From an uncultured Methanosarcinaceae archaeon (GTDB taxonomy: Archaea; Halobacteriota; Methanosarcinia; Methanosarcinales; Methanosarcinaceae): 64,000 nt of DNA. Positions 1 through 10,945 of this stretch are shown piece after piece. The stretch spans positions 128,001-192,000 of the forward strand of contig CAVSHT010000004.1 in assembly GCA_963727895.1 (NCBI GenBank), in the 5' to 3' direction. The notes under the pieces were generated by a model, which saw only the letters and a program-made list of their open reading frames with translations, was not told the origin of the DNA and ran no database searches. A program made the position numbers and the translations under genes. The stretch's first letter is position 1. The number at the start of each line of letters is the position of its first letter.

Positions 1-207
1 TTCAGTACTTAGAAGAAGCTTCCTGAAAACTTTAATAGCAGTAGACACAAAAAATAAGGGCATTGTTAATTAAATATATCTAGTTCTTTATTTATGTATT
101 TCAGAGACTTTTTAATATCTTCTGGAATTTCCAAAATTTACCATTAATTTCACTAGCAATTGGATGCAATCAATACAAGACCAGAAAATAATAAAAAGTC
201 TCGAATT

Positions 208-459
208 TTAAGACATGCTCTTAGAGTCATTAAAGTATGATCTTCTAGAAGTGTTGTTCCAATAAAGTCTTTCAGAACCATTCATATGTAGTCTATGGTG
301 ATGTATAATATTACCATTTGTCGAATATTGATTATTTTTTGGTTCTGATGCCCTTTGAGTTGAATTTTGCGCACTCTGTGTTTTTTCAGTGCAGCCAGCA
401 GAAAAAATAATGCAGGTAAAAACAAAAAATATTGCAACAATTTTCAATTTTGTATTCAC
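208..459 (-). CDS. small putative lipoprotein
   Basis: Basic N-terminus, hydrophobic stretch, SAGC lipobox-like motif; GGAGGT-like RBS upstream. Confidence 0.55.
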   Translation of the reverse strand: MNTKLKIVAIFFVFTCIIFSAGCTEKTQSAQNSTQRASEPKNNQYSTNGNIIHHHRLHMNGSERLYWNNTSRRSYFNDSKSMS

Positions 460-880
460 TGATTACACCTTCCAATTATTTGTTTATTCTATAATTAGAG
501 ATAGTATTAATGAAACAATAGCTTGTTTTTATATTATTCATTGCTGGAATCTAATTTATTAATTATATTGAAGTGTATTTTGAAAAAATAGTAATTCAAT
601 CGCTATAAATAAAAAGTATTTAACCAATATTCTTACTACTTTTTCGATAGCCTCTAGGCCAATTTCTTCTTGATTTTCTTATATATTCCTTAAGCCTACA
701 TTTGAAAATATTTCTAGTAATATAGATCCAAATTTATTTTTTAAATTGTAAAGCTTATTTAAAATCATTTGATAGCTGTCTACCACAAAATTCCATTACA
801 TTTTTACGATAAGCATAGACTTTTTTTCAAACAACCTGTCAAATTGTTTTTTCCTTTCAATATTCTAAAAGCTAGAAATT

Positions 881-904
881 AAGAAAGGGACTGTTCCCTT
901 TCTT
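881..904. terminator. hairpin just downstream of the ABC permease stop
   Basis: AAGAAAGGGA-ctgt-TCCCTTTCTT perfect 10-bp inverted repeat. Confidence 0.55.
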
Positions 905-910
905 TTCCAT

Positions 911-2149
911 TTATTCATATCTTAGTGCATCTACCGGTTTCAGTTTCGAGGCTCTATATGCGGGTACTACTCCAGAGATCACACCCATAAAGACAGCAAG
1001 AGCTAGCCCATAAACCATTAGTCTAGGAGAAAGTGATATACTTGTCCCGCCTCCTCCTCTCATCATTGTAACACCGATCATTGGAAATACAGCTGAAAGA
1101 AGAGCTCCTAAAATCACTCCAAAAACACCGCCAACAAAGCCTACCATTGCGGAATTAAACAGGAAAATCATAAGGATATCTCTATTTTTCGCCCCTATGG
1201 CTTTCATTGTCCCTATTTCTTTTGTTTTTTCAAGGACAGAAGTAAACATGGTGTTTGCAATTCCTACAGCTCCTACAATAAGCGATACAGCAGCAATTGC
1301 TCCCAAAAAGAGACTCATTGAATCTATCATACTGGTAACAGTACTAGCCATTGATGCTGTGGTGGTTACAGTAAAGTCTTGATCACTTGCTTTATTATCA
1401 TGCCTGGAGATCAAGAGCTTATTTACAATTGCTGTGTCTGCAGCATCTACAACAGCCGGACTCTGAGCTTCTACTTGAATGGAATCATACACATTTTTTT
1501 GCGCATCTGTAATCACGTTTACTGCAGCGTTTATGGGCATATATATCTGATTATCTTCACCTCCACCCTGTGATGTCAAAATTCCAATAACTCTTACGGA
1601 CTTTCCATCGACATCTATAATCTGGTTAATTCCAATGTCTTTTTTGTAGATTCCAGTAGCTACTCCACTTCCTATAACTGCAACATAATTATCTGCTGGT
1701 TCGAGTAGCCTTCCTGAATCCAGGGTAATAGTATTCATATACTTCCAAACTTGTGGATCTACTCCAGTAACAGAAAGAGAAGCGTTTTCTGAGTTGTAGC
1801 TTATATTTGTTTTACCAGAAATCTCACCAGTAATATATTTTAGATCTGGTATTCCACGAAGAGCATCAATATCTTTGTCTGTCAGCTGAACATCAGTTGT
1901 AGTAGTAGTTCCTCTTCCAAAACCACCACCGCCAAATCCCCTTTCTGAAGCTTTTGAGTATCCTGGCGATATCGTGATATGTGCTAAATCTAAGGTGGAA
2001 AGTCTACTCTGTACCTGTGCCTGCATGGAATCCCCAAGAGAGATTATTCCAACTACTGAACCAACTCCTATTACGATTCCAATGATAGTAAGCCAGCTTC
2101 TAAGTTTGCTGTGTACGAGCATGTTTAGAGCTAATTTTAAGTAAGTCAC
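911..2149 (-). CDS. MacB/FtsX-family ABC transporter permease
   Basis: RSWLTIIGIVIGV N-terminus, GIANTM..SVLEKTKEIG, C-terminal PAYRASKLKPVDALRYE. Confidence 0.93.
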   Translation of the reverse strand: MTYLKLALNMLVHSKLRSWLTIIGIVIGVGSVVGIISLGDSMQAQVQSRLSTLDLAHITISPGYSKASERGFGGGGFGRGTTTTTDVQLTDKDIDALRGIPDLKYITGEISGKTNISYNSENASLSVTGVDPQVWKYMNTITLDSGRLLEPADNYVAVIGSGVATGIYKKDIGINQIIDVDGKSVRVIGILTSQGGGEDNQIYMPINAAVNVITDAQKNVYDSIQVEAQSPAVVDAADTAIVNKLLISRHDNKASDQDFTVTTTASMASTVTSMIDSMSLFLGAIAAVSLIVGAVGIANTMFTSVLEKTKEIGTMKAIGAKNRDILMIFLFNSAMVGFVGGVFGVILGALLSAVFPMIGVTMMRGGGGTSISLSPRLMVYGLALAVFMGVISGVVPAYRASKLKPVDALRYE

Positions 2150-2184
2150 ATTTTTAATTGAGCATCCCTCCAGCTTTTTTCCTT

Positions 2185-3642
2185 TTAATACTTCGGAATT
2201 TCTAACTTGGAATCGTCCGAGGATGTTTTACCTTCAGATTTTTTAGCTCCTCGTTTTTGTCTACGGTACAGGAAGACTCCTGCGCCTACAATCACTATTA
2301 ACAAAATATAGGGTAGACTTGAACTGAAACCACCTCTCCTGTAACCTCGCGCTCCTGACCTGCCTCCAGTGTTAAATTCTGTAGATCCAGATGTCTGAAT
2401 TGCTACATCCTTGTCAACTGTTACTCTTTCTCCTTGTGCATCCGTGTACTCAATCTGGACTTTTAATGGTTTTGAATTCATTGAGGATGAATTTGCATTA
2501 TTTGCAGTATCAAGTGCTGTCCCTGAATTACCATCTCCAGCCTGTGTATTCGTGACATTAAAAGATGCAATTGTATAATCTCCCTTCTCCAGATTCCCAA
2601 CAATTGTTGAAGAACTTCCTAACACTTGGTATCCGTCTTGATCGGGAATAGAAACTTTCACAGCATATGCTATATTATTACCTACATTTGCTATTGAGAG
2701 AGAAGTATCTCCAGCATCGCTTTCCGAGAAGGATACATCGAAGTCAGTTGGTCCTCCTACAAAAATGCCTGCTGTAGTCTTAATGATTTTTGCGTTGGAT
2801 TCATTGTCTTCATATGAAAGATTTACATTCAAGGGATAAAGTCCGGGAGTAGCACTGACGTCTGCCATTACAGTATAGTCAACTTTTACAGATTGGCCGG
2901 CATCTAGATACTTAATGTATTTTGTGTTATCTGAATATACAGGCAAAATAATGCCTTTTGGATCATTCCAGGAGAAAACCAGATTTTTCAAGAGAGAAGT
3001 TCCTGTATTTGTAACAACAAACTCTAGAGGTTCTTCCTTTGCTATGTCAATATCAGCCTTGCTAACAGTTACAACCTGAGCGTATTCTTTACCTTGAACT
3101 TGAACCTGGATTGTTTTTGTAGTGGTGTAAGTAGTTTCTGAAGACCCTGAACTTTTATAAGTGGTGACAATATCGAGATTATAAGTGCCTTCGGAAGCAT
3201 TTGCATCGGTCATAAGTCTGAATTTCAGAACTCCAGCTTCATCATCCTCCTGACGTGCATTTAGAAAAGAGATATCCTTTTCAAAGTCTTCTCTAGAAAT
3301 TTGGCTGAATGGATATTCAGGGTTGACTTTAACACTAATATCTTGGAGATCATTGTTTCCTATATTCTGCACGCTGAGAGTAAGTTCGACAGGTTCTCCA
3401 GGCCTAGCAGGATCAGGATTTTGATTAGTCACACTCACCTGCACATCTGCAGAATTTATATTCCCATTTGATGCGCTGATTGTTGTTCCGGTTTCGGTAG
3501 TAGTAGAATATTGATTAGTTAGATTTGTCTTCACAGATGAAGAGTTTAGAGTCCCATTTGATGCACCAAGTGCTGTGCCAGCTCCTATGCATATGAAGAT
3601 TGAAAGCAACAACAAAAATGTTAATGAAGATAACTTTCTCAT
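2185..3642 (-). CDS. COG1361-like S-layer/CARDB-repeat surface protein associated with the ABC exporter
   Basis: Signal peptide, repeated Ig-like segments (V.N.G), C-terminal TM helix plus basic tail; sits between ATPase and permease. Confidence 0.8.
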   Translation of the reverse strand: MRKLSSLTFLLLLSIFICIGAGTALGASNGTLNSSSVKTNLTNQYSTTTETGTTISASNGNINSADVQVSVTNQNPDPARPGEPVELTLSVQNIGNNDLQDISVKVNPEYPFSQISREDFEKDISFLNARQEDDEAGVLKFRLMTDANASEGTYNLDIVTTYKSSGSSETTYTTTKTIQVQVQGKEYAQVVTVSKADIDIAKEEPLEFVVTNTGTSLLKNLVFSWNDPKGIILPVYSDNTKYIKYLDAGQSVKVDYTVMADVSATPGLYPLNVNLSYEDNESNAKIIKTTAGIFVGGPTDFDVSFSESDAGDTSLSIANVGNNIAYAVKVSIPDQDGYQVLGSSSTIVGNLEKGDYTIASFNVTNTQAGDGNSGTALDTANNANSSSMNSKPLKVQIEYTDAQGERVTVDKDVAIQTSGSTEFNTGGRSGARGYRRGGFSSSLPYILLIVIVGAGVFLYRRQKRGAKKSEGKTSSDDSKLEIPKY

Positions 3643-4364
3643 TTTAACTCCTCAGATTCAATTTTCATTCGTTTTTCTATTTTTTCGATCTCACCATCTC
3701 TAATGTACACAACTCTTGTAGCGTATTTTACGAGATCAAGATCATGAGTTACAATAATAACCGTCTTTCCTTCCCTTTCATGCAAATCGTTTAAAAAATC
3801 CAAAATATAGTTTCCAGTCTTCGTGTCAAGGTTTCCTGTAGGTTCATCTGCCAGAATAATAGGTGGATTCACAGCAAGAGAACGAGCTATTGCAACTCTC
3901 TGTCTCTGTCCCCCTGAGAGTTGAGACGGAAAGTTCCCTTTTTTTTCTGAGAGCCCAATAATATCAAGTAGATATGAGGCTTTTTTTTGGGCTTTATGTG
4001 AATTTTCTTCCTGAAATTCCAGAGGTAACAACACATTTTCTTCTGTATTCAGCGTGGGAATAAGATTAAAGCTCTGGAAAATAAATCCTATCATCTGCCC
4101 TCTGATCTTAGCAAGCTCAGACTCATTAAGTTCTGAAATGTCCTTTGAATTCAGATAAACAATACCTCTAGAGGGCAAATCCAGGCAGCCCAACAGATTC
4201 ATAAGCGTGCTTTTTCCGCTTCCGCTTGGTCCGAGAACAACAAGAAATTCCCCTTCATAAATATCAAGGTTTATTCCTTTAAGGGCTGCAAACTCAACCT
4301 CGCCCATCTGGTAAATTTTCCAGACATTGATCAGTTTGATAAGAGGCTCTTCTATGCTTCTCAT
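3639..4364 (-). CDS. ABC transporter ATP-binding protein (LolD/MacB-type)
   Basis: [30 protein letters not shown]. Confidence 0.95.
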   Translation of the reverse strand: MRSIEEPLIKLINVWKIYQMGEVEFAALKGINLDIYEGEFLVVLGPSGSGKSTLMNLLGCLDLPSRGIVYLNSKDISELNESELAKIRGQMIGFIFQSFNLIPTLNTEENVLLPLEFQEENSHKAQKKASYLLDIIGLSEKKGNFPSQLSGGQRQRVAIARSLAVNPPIILADEPTGNLDTKTGNYILDFLNDLHEREGKTVIIVTHDLDLVKYATRVVYIRDGEIEKIEKRMKIESEELK

Positions 4365-4379
4365 AAAGTTCCCTTCACC

Positions 4380-4399
4380 ATTGTTGACTAATCAACAAT
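4380..4399. promoter_or_regulatory. putative MarR operator
   Basis: ATTGTTGA-ctaa-TCAACAAT perfect inverted repeat between the divergent ABC operon and marR. Confidence 0.55.
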
Positions 4400-4481
4400 T
4401 TTGATATGATCCATTTAGTATTAATAGTATACCATTCAACTAATTTTTTAAAAGGACTTGAATTACGCTGAATTGCCATGA

Positions 4482-4946
4482 GTGAAAATAATGAATGAAG
4501 AAGAAACGCCTATCCAATGGATTGAAGATATTGACAAAGTTGTTGCACTTATCTCATTTACATATCGCTCTGTCCAGAAGCATTTTGCGAATGAACTGGC
4601 TTCATACAATATAGGATGGGGCCATTTCTCTATCTTAATGTCGTTATATCGTCAGGAAGGTCGGAGCCAGGACAGCCTTGCACAATCGAGAGGATTTGAT
4701 AAAACGATGATTGCAAAATCGATACTGAAAATGGAAAAAGAAGGCATTGTCTACCGTATAACAGACCCGGAAGACAAAAGAATCAAAAGGCTCTACCTGA
4801 CTGAAAAAGGTAAAAAAATGAAGCCTGAAATGCGAAAAATAGGCTCCGAGCTGAACTCACTTCTGCTCAAGGATTTTGAATCAGATGAACTACAATCTGT
4901 TATTGAGATAATTCGAAAGATTGCTTTGAATGCAGCTAATCTCTAA
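4482..4946 (+). CDS. MarR-family transcriptional regulator
   Basis: wHTH with D.EDKR.KRLYLTEKG wing motif. Confidence 0.92.
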   Translation: MKIMNEEETPIQWIEDIDKVVALISFTYRSVQKHFANELASYNIGWGHFSILMSLYRQEGRSQDSLAQSRGFDKTMIAKSILKMEKEGIVYRITDPEDKRIKRLYLTEKGKKMKPEMRKIGSELNSLLLKDFESDELQSVIEIIRKIALNAANL

Positions 4947-5151
4947 ACAAGAACGCATTCACATTTATAAATGAGGATTGGGTTATGTAGAAACTTTCTT
5001 CCTATCCGTCTTATGCAGTTGATGTTCAAAAGATCTGTTTCAATCCTAATGAGTAAGTCCTAAAAGAATCAAACACCTTAAGTCAAGAGACTTTTTAGAT
5101 AATTCCCAAAATTTGATTTTTTATTTTGACAAAAAAATTCAGGGATCAAAT

Positions 5152-5943
5152 ATGCAAAACATACTTTCAGTCCAATCCCTTATAAAAAAATTTGATGATT
5201 TTACAGCCGTAAAAAACATTAGTTTTAATGTAGAAACAGGTTCAATCTTCGCTTTTTTAGGTCCAAATGGGGCAGGGAAATCCACAACAATCAAAATGCT
5301 CACAACTGTCCTGAAACCAACATCTGGAGACATAATTATCAATGGTTTCAATGTTCTTACAGAAAAGGATAAGGCACGTGCATCTTTTGGGATAGTCTTT
5401 CAGGATCCTAGTCTTGATGATGAGTTGACAGCTTACGAGAATATCGTCTATCATGCAGTTGTCTACAAAGTACCTAAAAAAGAAAGAGAAGACAGAATTC
5501 AGAAAGCTCTGGAAATTGTCGGGCTCTGGGACAGGCGTGAAGATTATGTTAAGAATTTTTCAGGCGGCGTGAAACGCAGGCTTGAGATTGCGCGTGCGCT
5601 TGTCCACTATCCGAAGATTCTTTTCCTTGATGAACCTACAGTAGGCCTTGATCCTCAGACTCGGAATTCTATATGGGACCATATAAAAAAGCTGAACGAA
5701 GAAAGAAATATGACAATTTTTCTGACAACACATTACATGGAAGAAGCTGAAGCAATTGCGGACCAGATAGCCGTTATTGATCACGGAAAAATTATAAAAT
5801 TGGGAACAGTTGAAGAGATTAAGAGCCAGACAAAAACCGAATCCTTAGAAGAAGCTTTTCTCAAACTAACAGGCAAAAACATTCGTGATGATAATGGGAC
5901 AAGTAAACAAATAATGATGCGAGGTATGGGGAGGATTAAATAA
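5152..5943 (+). CDS. DrrA-like ABC-2 ATP-binding protein
   Basis: GPNGAGKST, FSGGVKRRLEIA, LDEPTVGLD, LTTHYMEEA; ATG 5152 preferred over TTG 5113. Confidence 0.93.
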   Translation: MQNILSVQSLIKKFDDFTAVKNISFNVETGSIFAFLGPNGAGKSTTIKMLTTVLKPTSGDIIINGFNVLTEKDKARASFGIVFQDPSLDDELTAYENIVYHAVVYKVPKKEREDRIQKALEIVGLWDRREDYVKNFSGGVKRRLEIARALVHYPKILFLDEPTVGLDPQTRNSIWDHIKKLNEERNMTIFLTTHYMEEAEAIADQIAVIDHGKIIKLGTVEEIKSQTKTESLEEAFLKLTGKNIRDDNGTSKQIMMRGMGRIK

Positions 5944-6695
5944 TGATCGAGGTTATCTACGCTCTCTCTCTGAGGCAGCTCAAACATTATTGGCGTTCCA
6001 AGGCCAGACTTATAGGTACTCTAGGGCAACCAATGCTTTTTTTGATCGCTTTTGGATTTGGCTTCGGTCCTATGTATTCTCAGGTCAGTGGAGGAGCAAA
6101 TTACATTGATTTTCTTGCCCCAGGAATTGTCACAATGGGAATTCTATTTACAGCTGTCTTTTCTGGTCTGGAGGTAATATGGGACAGGCAATTCGGTTTT
6201 CTCAAGGAAACTCTGGTAGCTCCTATTTCAAGAACAGAGATCATGATTGGAAAAACGTTTGGAGGTGCAACTATAGCTATAATTCAGGGTTTGATTGTAC
6301 TTAGCCTAACGTATATTCTTGGATTCAGAATTTCCAGTATAAGTAGCCTTGTTATTGGGTTAATTTTTATGTTTTTGATAGCCATTTTCTTTACAGGAAT
6401 TGGTCTCACTATGGCTTCACAAATGAAAGATATGCAAGGGTTTCAGATGATATTGAACTTTCTAATTATGCCTACATTTTTCCTTTCAGGAGCTTTATTT
6501 CCTCTAAAAAACTTGCCTCCTGCAATTTATTTTATAAGCAGGATCGATCCGCTTACTTATGGGGTTGATGGTCTGAGAGGAGCAATCGCGGGTATAAGCA
6601 CTTTCAGTATCTCCAGCGATTTGGTGGTAATGGGCTCATTGTCAATTATCATCTGTTTGATAGGAACAATGTTTTTTTCAAAAATGGAGGCATAA
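5943..6695 (+). CDS. ABC-2 type permease (DrrB-like)
   Basis: DRQFGFLKETLVAP motif, multiple TM segments, directly follows ATPase. Confidence 0.92.
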   Translation: MIEVIYALSLRQLKHYWRSKARLIGTLGQPMLFLIAFGFGFGPMYSQVSGGANYIDFLAPGIVTMGILFTAVFSGLEVIWDRQFGFLKETLVAPISRTEIMIGKTFGGATIAIIQGLIVLSLTYILGFRISSISSLVIGLIFMFLIAIFFTGIGLTMASQMKDMQGFQMILNFLIMPTFFLSGALFPLKNLPPAIYFISRIDPLTYGVDGLRGAIAGISTFSISSDLVVMGSLSIIICLIGTMFFSKMEA

Positions 6696-6751
6696 GCCTC
6701 TAAGCATTACTTTCTTTTCATTACTTTAACATATTAAAGAAGGCGAACTAA

Positions 6752-7567
6752 ATGAGTGAAATTGACTGGGATACTCCAAAAAGTGATACAAATTATGATC
6801 AGAATTGTGATCATCAGTTTCAGAAAGGTCAAACACTGATAGAAATGATGAAAATAAAGAGCGGAGATTCTGTACTTGATATGGGCTGCGGGACAGGATG
6901 GCAGGCTTTAAATGTCTCGGGAGTTCTCGGGCCAGCTGGCAAGCTTACGTGTATTGATCCTTCCTCATATCGTATAGAACTTGCACGGAAAAAGTTTGGC
7001 GTTGATTCTCTCAATAATGTCCGTTTTCTTGTGGGGCAGACTGAAAATCTTAGTAAAGTACCTGACAACTCAATCAACCATGTCTATTTCTGTTCTTCAT
7101 TTCACTGGATTGCTGACAAGAGAACCGCTCTCAGTGAAACATATAGAGTGCTTCAATCAGGGGGCAGTGTAGGAATGACAACGCTTGATAGAGACAGCCC
7201 TGATATGATGAGAACGCTTGTAGATCCTATTTTAGCAAAATATAACATTACAAGGAAATATAAATTACACAGGGAAATAAGCAGAGTAAATGCACAGGAG
7301 CTCCATAAACTTCTGTCGGAAGCCGGTTTTACCTTTATTTCAATTGAACCAAGGACGATTTCAAGGAATTATCGTTCACCTGAAGAATTTTTGAAACACC
7401 TGGAAGAAAGGGATAGTATGAGGAGTTTGTTGAAAGATATCCCAGAAAAAATTAAGGAAAAGATCAAACAGGAGATTTACGAAGAACTCACTAAGATCCA
7501 AAAACCGGTCTTTGCTGAGTTTGGTATTGTTACATTGTTCGCAATTGCAAAAAAACTAAATGAGTAA
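6752..7567 (+). CDS. class I SAM-dependent methyltransferase
   Basis: VLDMGCGTG motif I, SSFHW, E.YRVLQSGG. Confidence 0.88.
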   Translation: MSEIDWDTPKSDTNYDQNCDHQFQKGQTLIEMMKIKSGDSVLDMGCGTGWQALNVSGVLGPAGKLTCIDPSSYRIELARKKFGVDSLNNVRFLVGQTENLSKVPDNSINHVYFCSSFHWIADKRTALSETYRVLQSGGSVGMTTLDRDSPDMMRTLVDPILAKYNITRKYKLHREISRVNAQELHKLLSEAGFTFISIEPRTISRNYRSPEEFLKHLEERDSMRSLLKDIPEKIKEKIKQEIYEELTKIQKPVFAEFGIVTLFAIAKKLNE

Positions 7568-7606
7568 TGTTAATGAAAAATAGGTGATTCATCTTTAATC
7601 AGTTAA

Positions 7607-7859
7607 TGTTCATGTCCACAGACCTCCTGCAGTAACACTCAATGAAACTCCTGAGGAATTCCATATTTCCATTGGACTTCGATAGTTAAATGATGAATGC
7701 TCACGTAAATTGTATCTATTTTTCGCAATCACAAGAAAGTTCTGAAAATCATTAAAAGTTGCATCATTTAGCCTCTTGACTATAGATGTTGATTTGTGTT
7801 TACAAATATGTCCGAAGATTTAAATCAAATTTACTGCAAGAGGTCTGTGGACATGACCC
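7607..7859. mobile_element. MITE, family B (TIR GTTCATGTCCACAGACCTC), 253 bp
   Basis: Terminal inverted repeats; flanked by TTAA and CTAG; related copies at 14104-14227 and from 40594. Confidence 0.75.
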
Positions 7860-8010
7860 CTAGCAGATGACCAAAACTAGACTTTCAGGTTTCTCCACAT
7901 TGTCTTATGAGCTTAGCACAACTGCATTACTGCTGATGTACCTCATAATAGGATTACTCTAAATGGAAAGAGTAGCACAAGGCAATTTATGACATAACTT
8001 CTTGTCGCAC
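7860..8010 (-). ncRNA. group II intron 5' fragment (start of domain I)
   Basis: Begins GTGCG on minus strand at 8010; near-identical to 26317-26467; truncated by the MITE. Confidence 0.85.
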
Positions 8011-8068
8011 TTACAGAACTTTTGGTACATTATCACAAAATTCTAGATTTTTGGAACTGAGCCTTAAA

Positions 8069-8701
8069 TCAGTGCCGTTCAGACAATGAGTAAATTACAT
8101 AATGAGATGCAAATTTAGTGTTAATTTCTATCGTTTTTAGTTCTTTTATGACAAAATAAGGTGAAAAGAGGTCCTTTATTTCGGACTCCGAAGAGAAATA
8201 CAATGTTGTTCCCAGCTGAGTTTTCCGGAATTTACCCTTGCCGCCGAACTGTGGATCTTTCTTAGAAAAACAGACCGAAAGGTACTGTGCTCTTGGTTTC
8301 AGGAGATTATATACATTTTTTACGTATTTTTTTCGGTCTTCCGGAAAGATATGGTGTAAAAATTCCCAGTCATAGCCAAAGTCAAAAGTCTCTTTTATTT
8401 CATGCAAATCACCGAGGAGATCAGCGACAACAAACCTGCACCTGACTCCCCGTCTTTGTGCGTTTTCAGTAGCGATCTTTATTATGGTAGGGGAATTATC
8501 GATACCGGTTACCTCAAATCCCTGACCTGCAAGGTATATCGCATAGTTGCCTGCACCACAACCAAGATCAATAGTCTTGCAGGGCAGGATTTTTCCACTC
8601 TGTACCAATTCAACAAGTGCATCTGGAGGTGTCTCACTATTCCAGGGGATTTTATCAAGCGGTACCTTCTGGTAGATTTTGTCGACGTCGACATATTTCA
8701 T
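8069..8701 (-). CDS. class I SAM methyltransferase (TPMT/TehB-like), last gene of the nitrogenase-like operon
   Basis: IPW..ETPP, IDLGCGAG, FD..YD...LHH; about 30 nt after the NifH-like stop. Confidence 0.85.
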   Translation of the reverse strand: MKYVDVDKIYQKVPLDKIPWNSETPPDALVELVQSGKILPCKTIDLGCGAGNYAIYLAGQGFEVTGIDNSPTIIKIATENAQRRGVRCRFVVADLLGDLHEIKETFDFGYDWEFLHHIFPEDRKKYVKNVYNLLKPRAQYLSVCFSKKDPQFGGKGKFRKTQLGTTLYFSSESEIKDLFSPYFVIKELKTIEINTKFASHYVIYSLSERH

Positions 8702-8730
8702 ACATGCTACTTCCGGAAATGATTGAGTTC

Positions 8731-9579
8731 TTATTTTTTTACCAGAGATTGCCGGTACATTGTCTCAAGCTCGGCAAGGTCATTTATCGGTGTAGGGATT
8801 ACCCGTGAATCATTCTCCATAATCGCTTTTGCAAGGTTTCGGAAGATTTCTGCTTCCCGTGAATCTGGAGCATATTCCACAAGCTGTTCTCCCTTCTAGC
8901 TCACAAGCCTGAATCAAAGGACTCCTGGGGACAAATTGGACAAATGAGGTTCCCAGCTTTTTTGCAAATGCAGGAATAAATGCATGCTCGAAAGCCTCAT
9001 CACCGTTGCTGTTGCAAATTATCCCGGCAAGACCTGCATCTCCTCGCTTTGCAAGACGCTGCACGGCCCGCGCAATATTATTTGCAGCGTATATACTCAT
9101 GAACCCTCCAGAACAAAATAAGGTAGATCTCTTCTGCAAAACCTTCACGAATCGGCATCGAGAATCCACCGCATACTACATCGCCAAGCACATCGTAGAT
9201 TGCCACATCAATGTTGTAGATCGAAAAAGCCCTGAGGTCTTTCAGGATCTGCAGTGCGGTCAGCACGCCTCGACCGGCACATCCTATACCTGGTTCTGGT
9301 CCCCCAGCTTCGACAAGGTAGACCCCACCGGGTGATCTGAATACGATATTATCCAGATTGATTGCATACTCGTCTTTTCCTACCCTCAACTGTTCACGGT
9401 GTTCTTCCAGCACTGCGAAAATAAACTTCCCCTCTGCAAGGATCCTTGTCGAATCCCTCTTGGGATCACAACCAACTTGCATGACAGTGTGCTCCACCTC
9501 ATTTAATGCGGCGGACAGGTTCGAGGAGATAGTGGCTCTTCCCAATTCCACCTTTGCCATAGATCGCGATCTGTCTCAT
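8731..9579 (-). pseudogene. NifH-like (group IV-type) Fe-protein, three apparent +1 frameshifts (possibly assembly errors)
   Basis: Reconstructed MRQIAIYGKGGIGKST, GCDPKRDST, EAGGPEPGIGCAGRG, DVLGDVVCGGF, IICNS; ATG at 9579, TAA at 8731. Confidence 0.9.
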
Positions 9580-9586
9580 AGTTCCT

Positions 9587-10945
9587 TCACCATTTTGCCT
9601 CATATCTCTTTTCCTTCGAACGCCACCCCATTGTCCATTCGTTCTGGACGCACTCAAACAGATTAAGAATACCGTTATACCCGAAGTATTCTCGGTTGAT
9701 CATCCTGAACTGGCGTATCATCCTGACCACCTCAATGACATAGGCAACGGGAAGTCCCTCGATGGCATGCCTTTCGATTGTACTGCCAAACACGACCTGA
9801 GGCCTGACCTCCTGGAGACCCTTTCGTGTTTTATATACATCTGTTCCGTAAACGATCTTAGGATTAAGCCCGAGATTCTTGAGTTCCAGCTCCAGCAATT
9901 CTCTCACTGACCGTTGTGAAGTGTACAGAGCAATGAGTTCTGGAGTCATCTCCATCTCCTCTGTGACAAAACGAACCAGCGGTATTCCTATTGTAGCATC
10001 GGCAACAATTGCTGCCGGGGTTCGGTATAGGAATCTTGCCATCGGCCATTCGCGCCGGCACGTTGCCATCACCATACGTTCGCCTTCGACAATCATCTCT
10101 TCCGCCATTTTCAGTGAATCGAACCTCTCTCCCAAAGCGATAAGCCAACGTTTTGTGTTTGTCATTCCTATAGGCAGTGGTATTCCTTTGCAGACCTGCT
10201 CGATGCCATATACTGCAGAAAGATAATCCGCTGCTTTTTGTCCAGCATCATGACTCAACAGGAGGGATGTCTCGGCAGATGCAATATTCTCGATTTCAGC
10301 AATAGGAGTTCGGTGTGTCAGCGTGGCTACAACCTTAACGCCCATCCGGGAGAGAACCTGCTTCACCCACGCAAGGTCTGCTGGCCATGTGGGGTTGGCG
10401 TTTGCATGGGGAGCAACAAGGCAAACTGAATTAGGAACTTTTTCAACGTCACTTTTCACCAACTTTTTCAGGATCGTATCCAGCGCGATGTCGATGCCGT
10501 CATACTGTAACCCTCTGAATCCGGCGCATTCAATAGGAATGAGTCGGAACTTTACTTCAGGCTGCAATGCCTCGCATACTCCCACAATGTCGTCTCCCAC
10601 TATCTCGGGCCCACACGCGCTGAGCACGAACAGGGCAGAGATCGGCAGATCTTTTACCTCCCTGATCGTGCGGGCAAGTATGTCCTCTCCACCATGCACG
10701 ATCTCATCTACACAGAGCTTCGTACACAGAGTCATAGTTTCCATGTAGTCGCACTCCTGTGAGGCGAAGGCATTGTTGACAAGGTACTCGCATCCTTGAG
10801 GAGAATGGGCAAGCAAGGAAGAATTGGATATCCCTAATGCTGTGAGAGCAGCGCCGTTGAAAGCACAACGGAGATAAGGATCTGTACAGGCCTCCGAAGA
10901 TAAAATTAAAGGCGCAGCTGTTCCCTCAATTGATTCTTGTTCCAT
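9587..10945 (-). CDS. nitrogenase component 1 beta-like (NifK/NifN-like) subunit
   Basis: LRCAFNGA, HSPQGC, IVHGGEDIL, LSACGPEIVGDD, PIGM.NT, YFGYNG; start MEQESIEG at 10945. Confidence 0.88.
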   Translation of the reverse strand: MEQESIEGTAAPLILSSEACTDPYLRCAFNGAALTALGISNSSLLAHSPQGCEYLVNNAFASQECDYMETMTLCTKLCVDEIVHGGEDILARTIREVKDLPISALFVLSACGPEIVGDDIVGVCEALQPEVKFRLIPIECAGFRGLQYDGIDIALDTILKKLVKSDVEKVPNSVCLVAPHANANPTWPADLAWVKQVLSRMGVKVVATLTHRTPIAEIENIASAETSLLLSHDAGQKAADYLSAVYGIEQVCKGIPLPIGMTNTKRWLIALGERFDSLKMAEEMIVEGERMVMATCRREWPMARFLYRTPAAIVADATIGIPLVRFVTEEMEMTPELIALYTSQRSVRELLELELKNLGLNPKIVYGTDVYKTRKGLQEVRPQVVFGSTIERHAIEGLPVAYVIEVVRMIRQFRMINREYFGYNGILNLFECVQNEWTMGWRSKEKRYEAKW

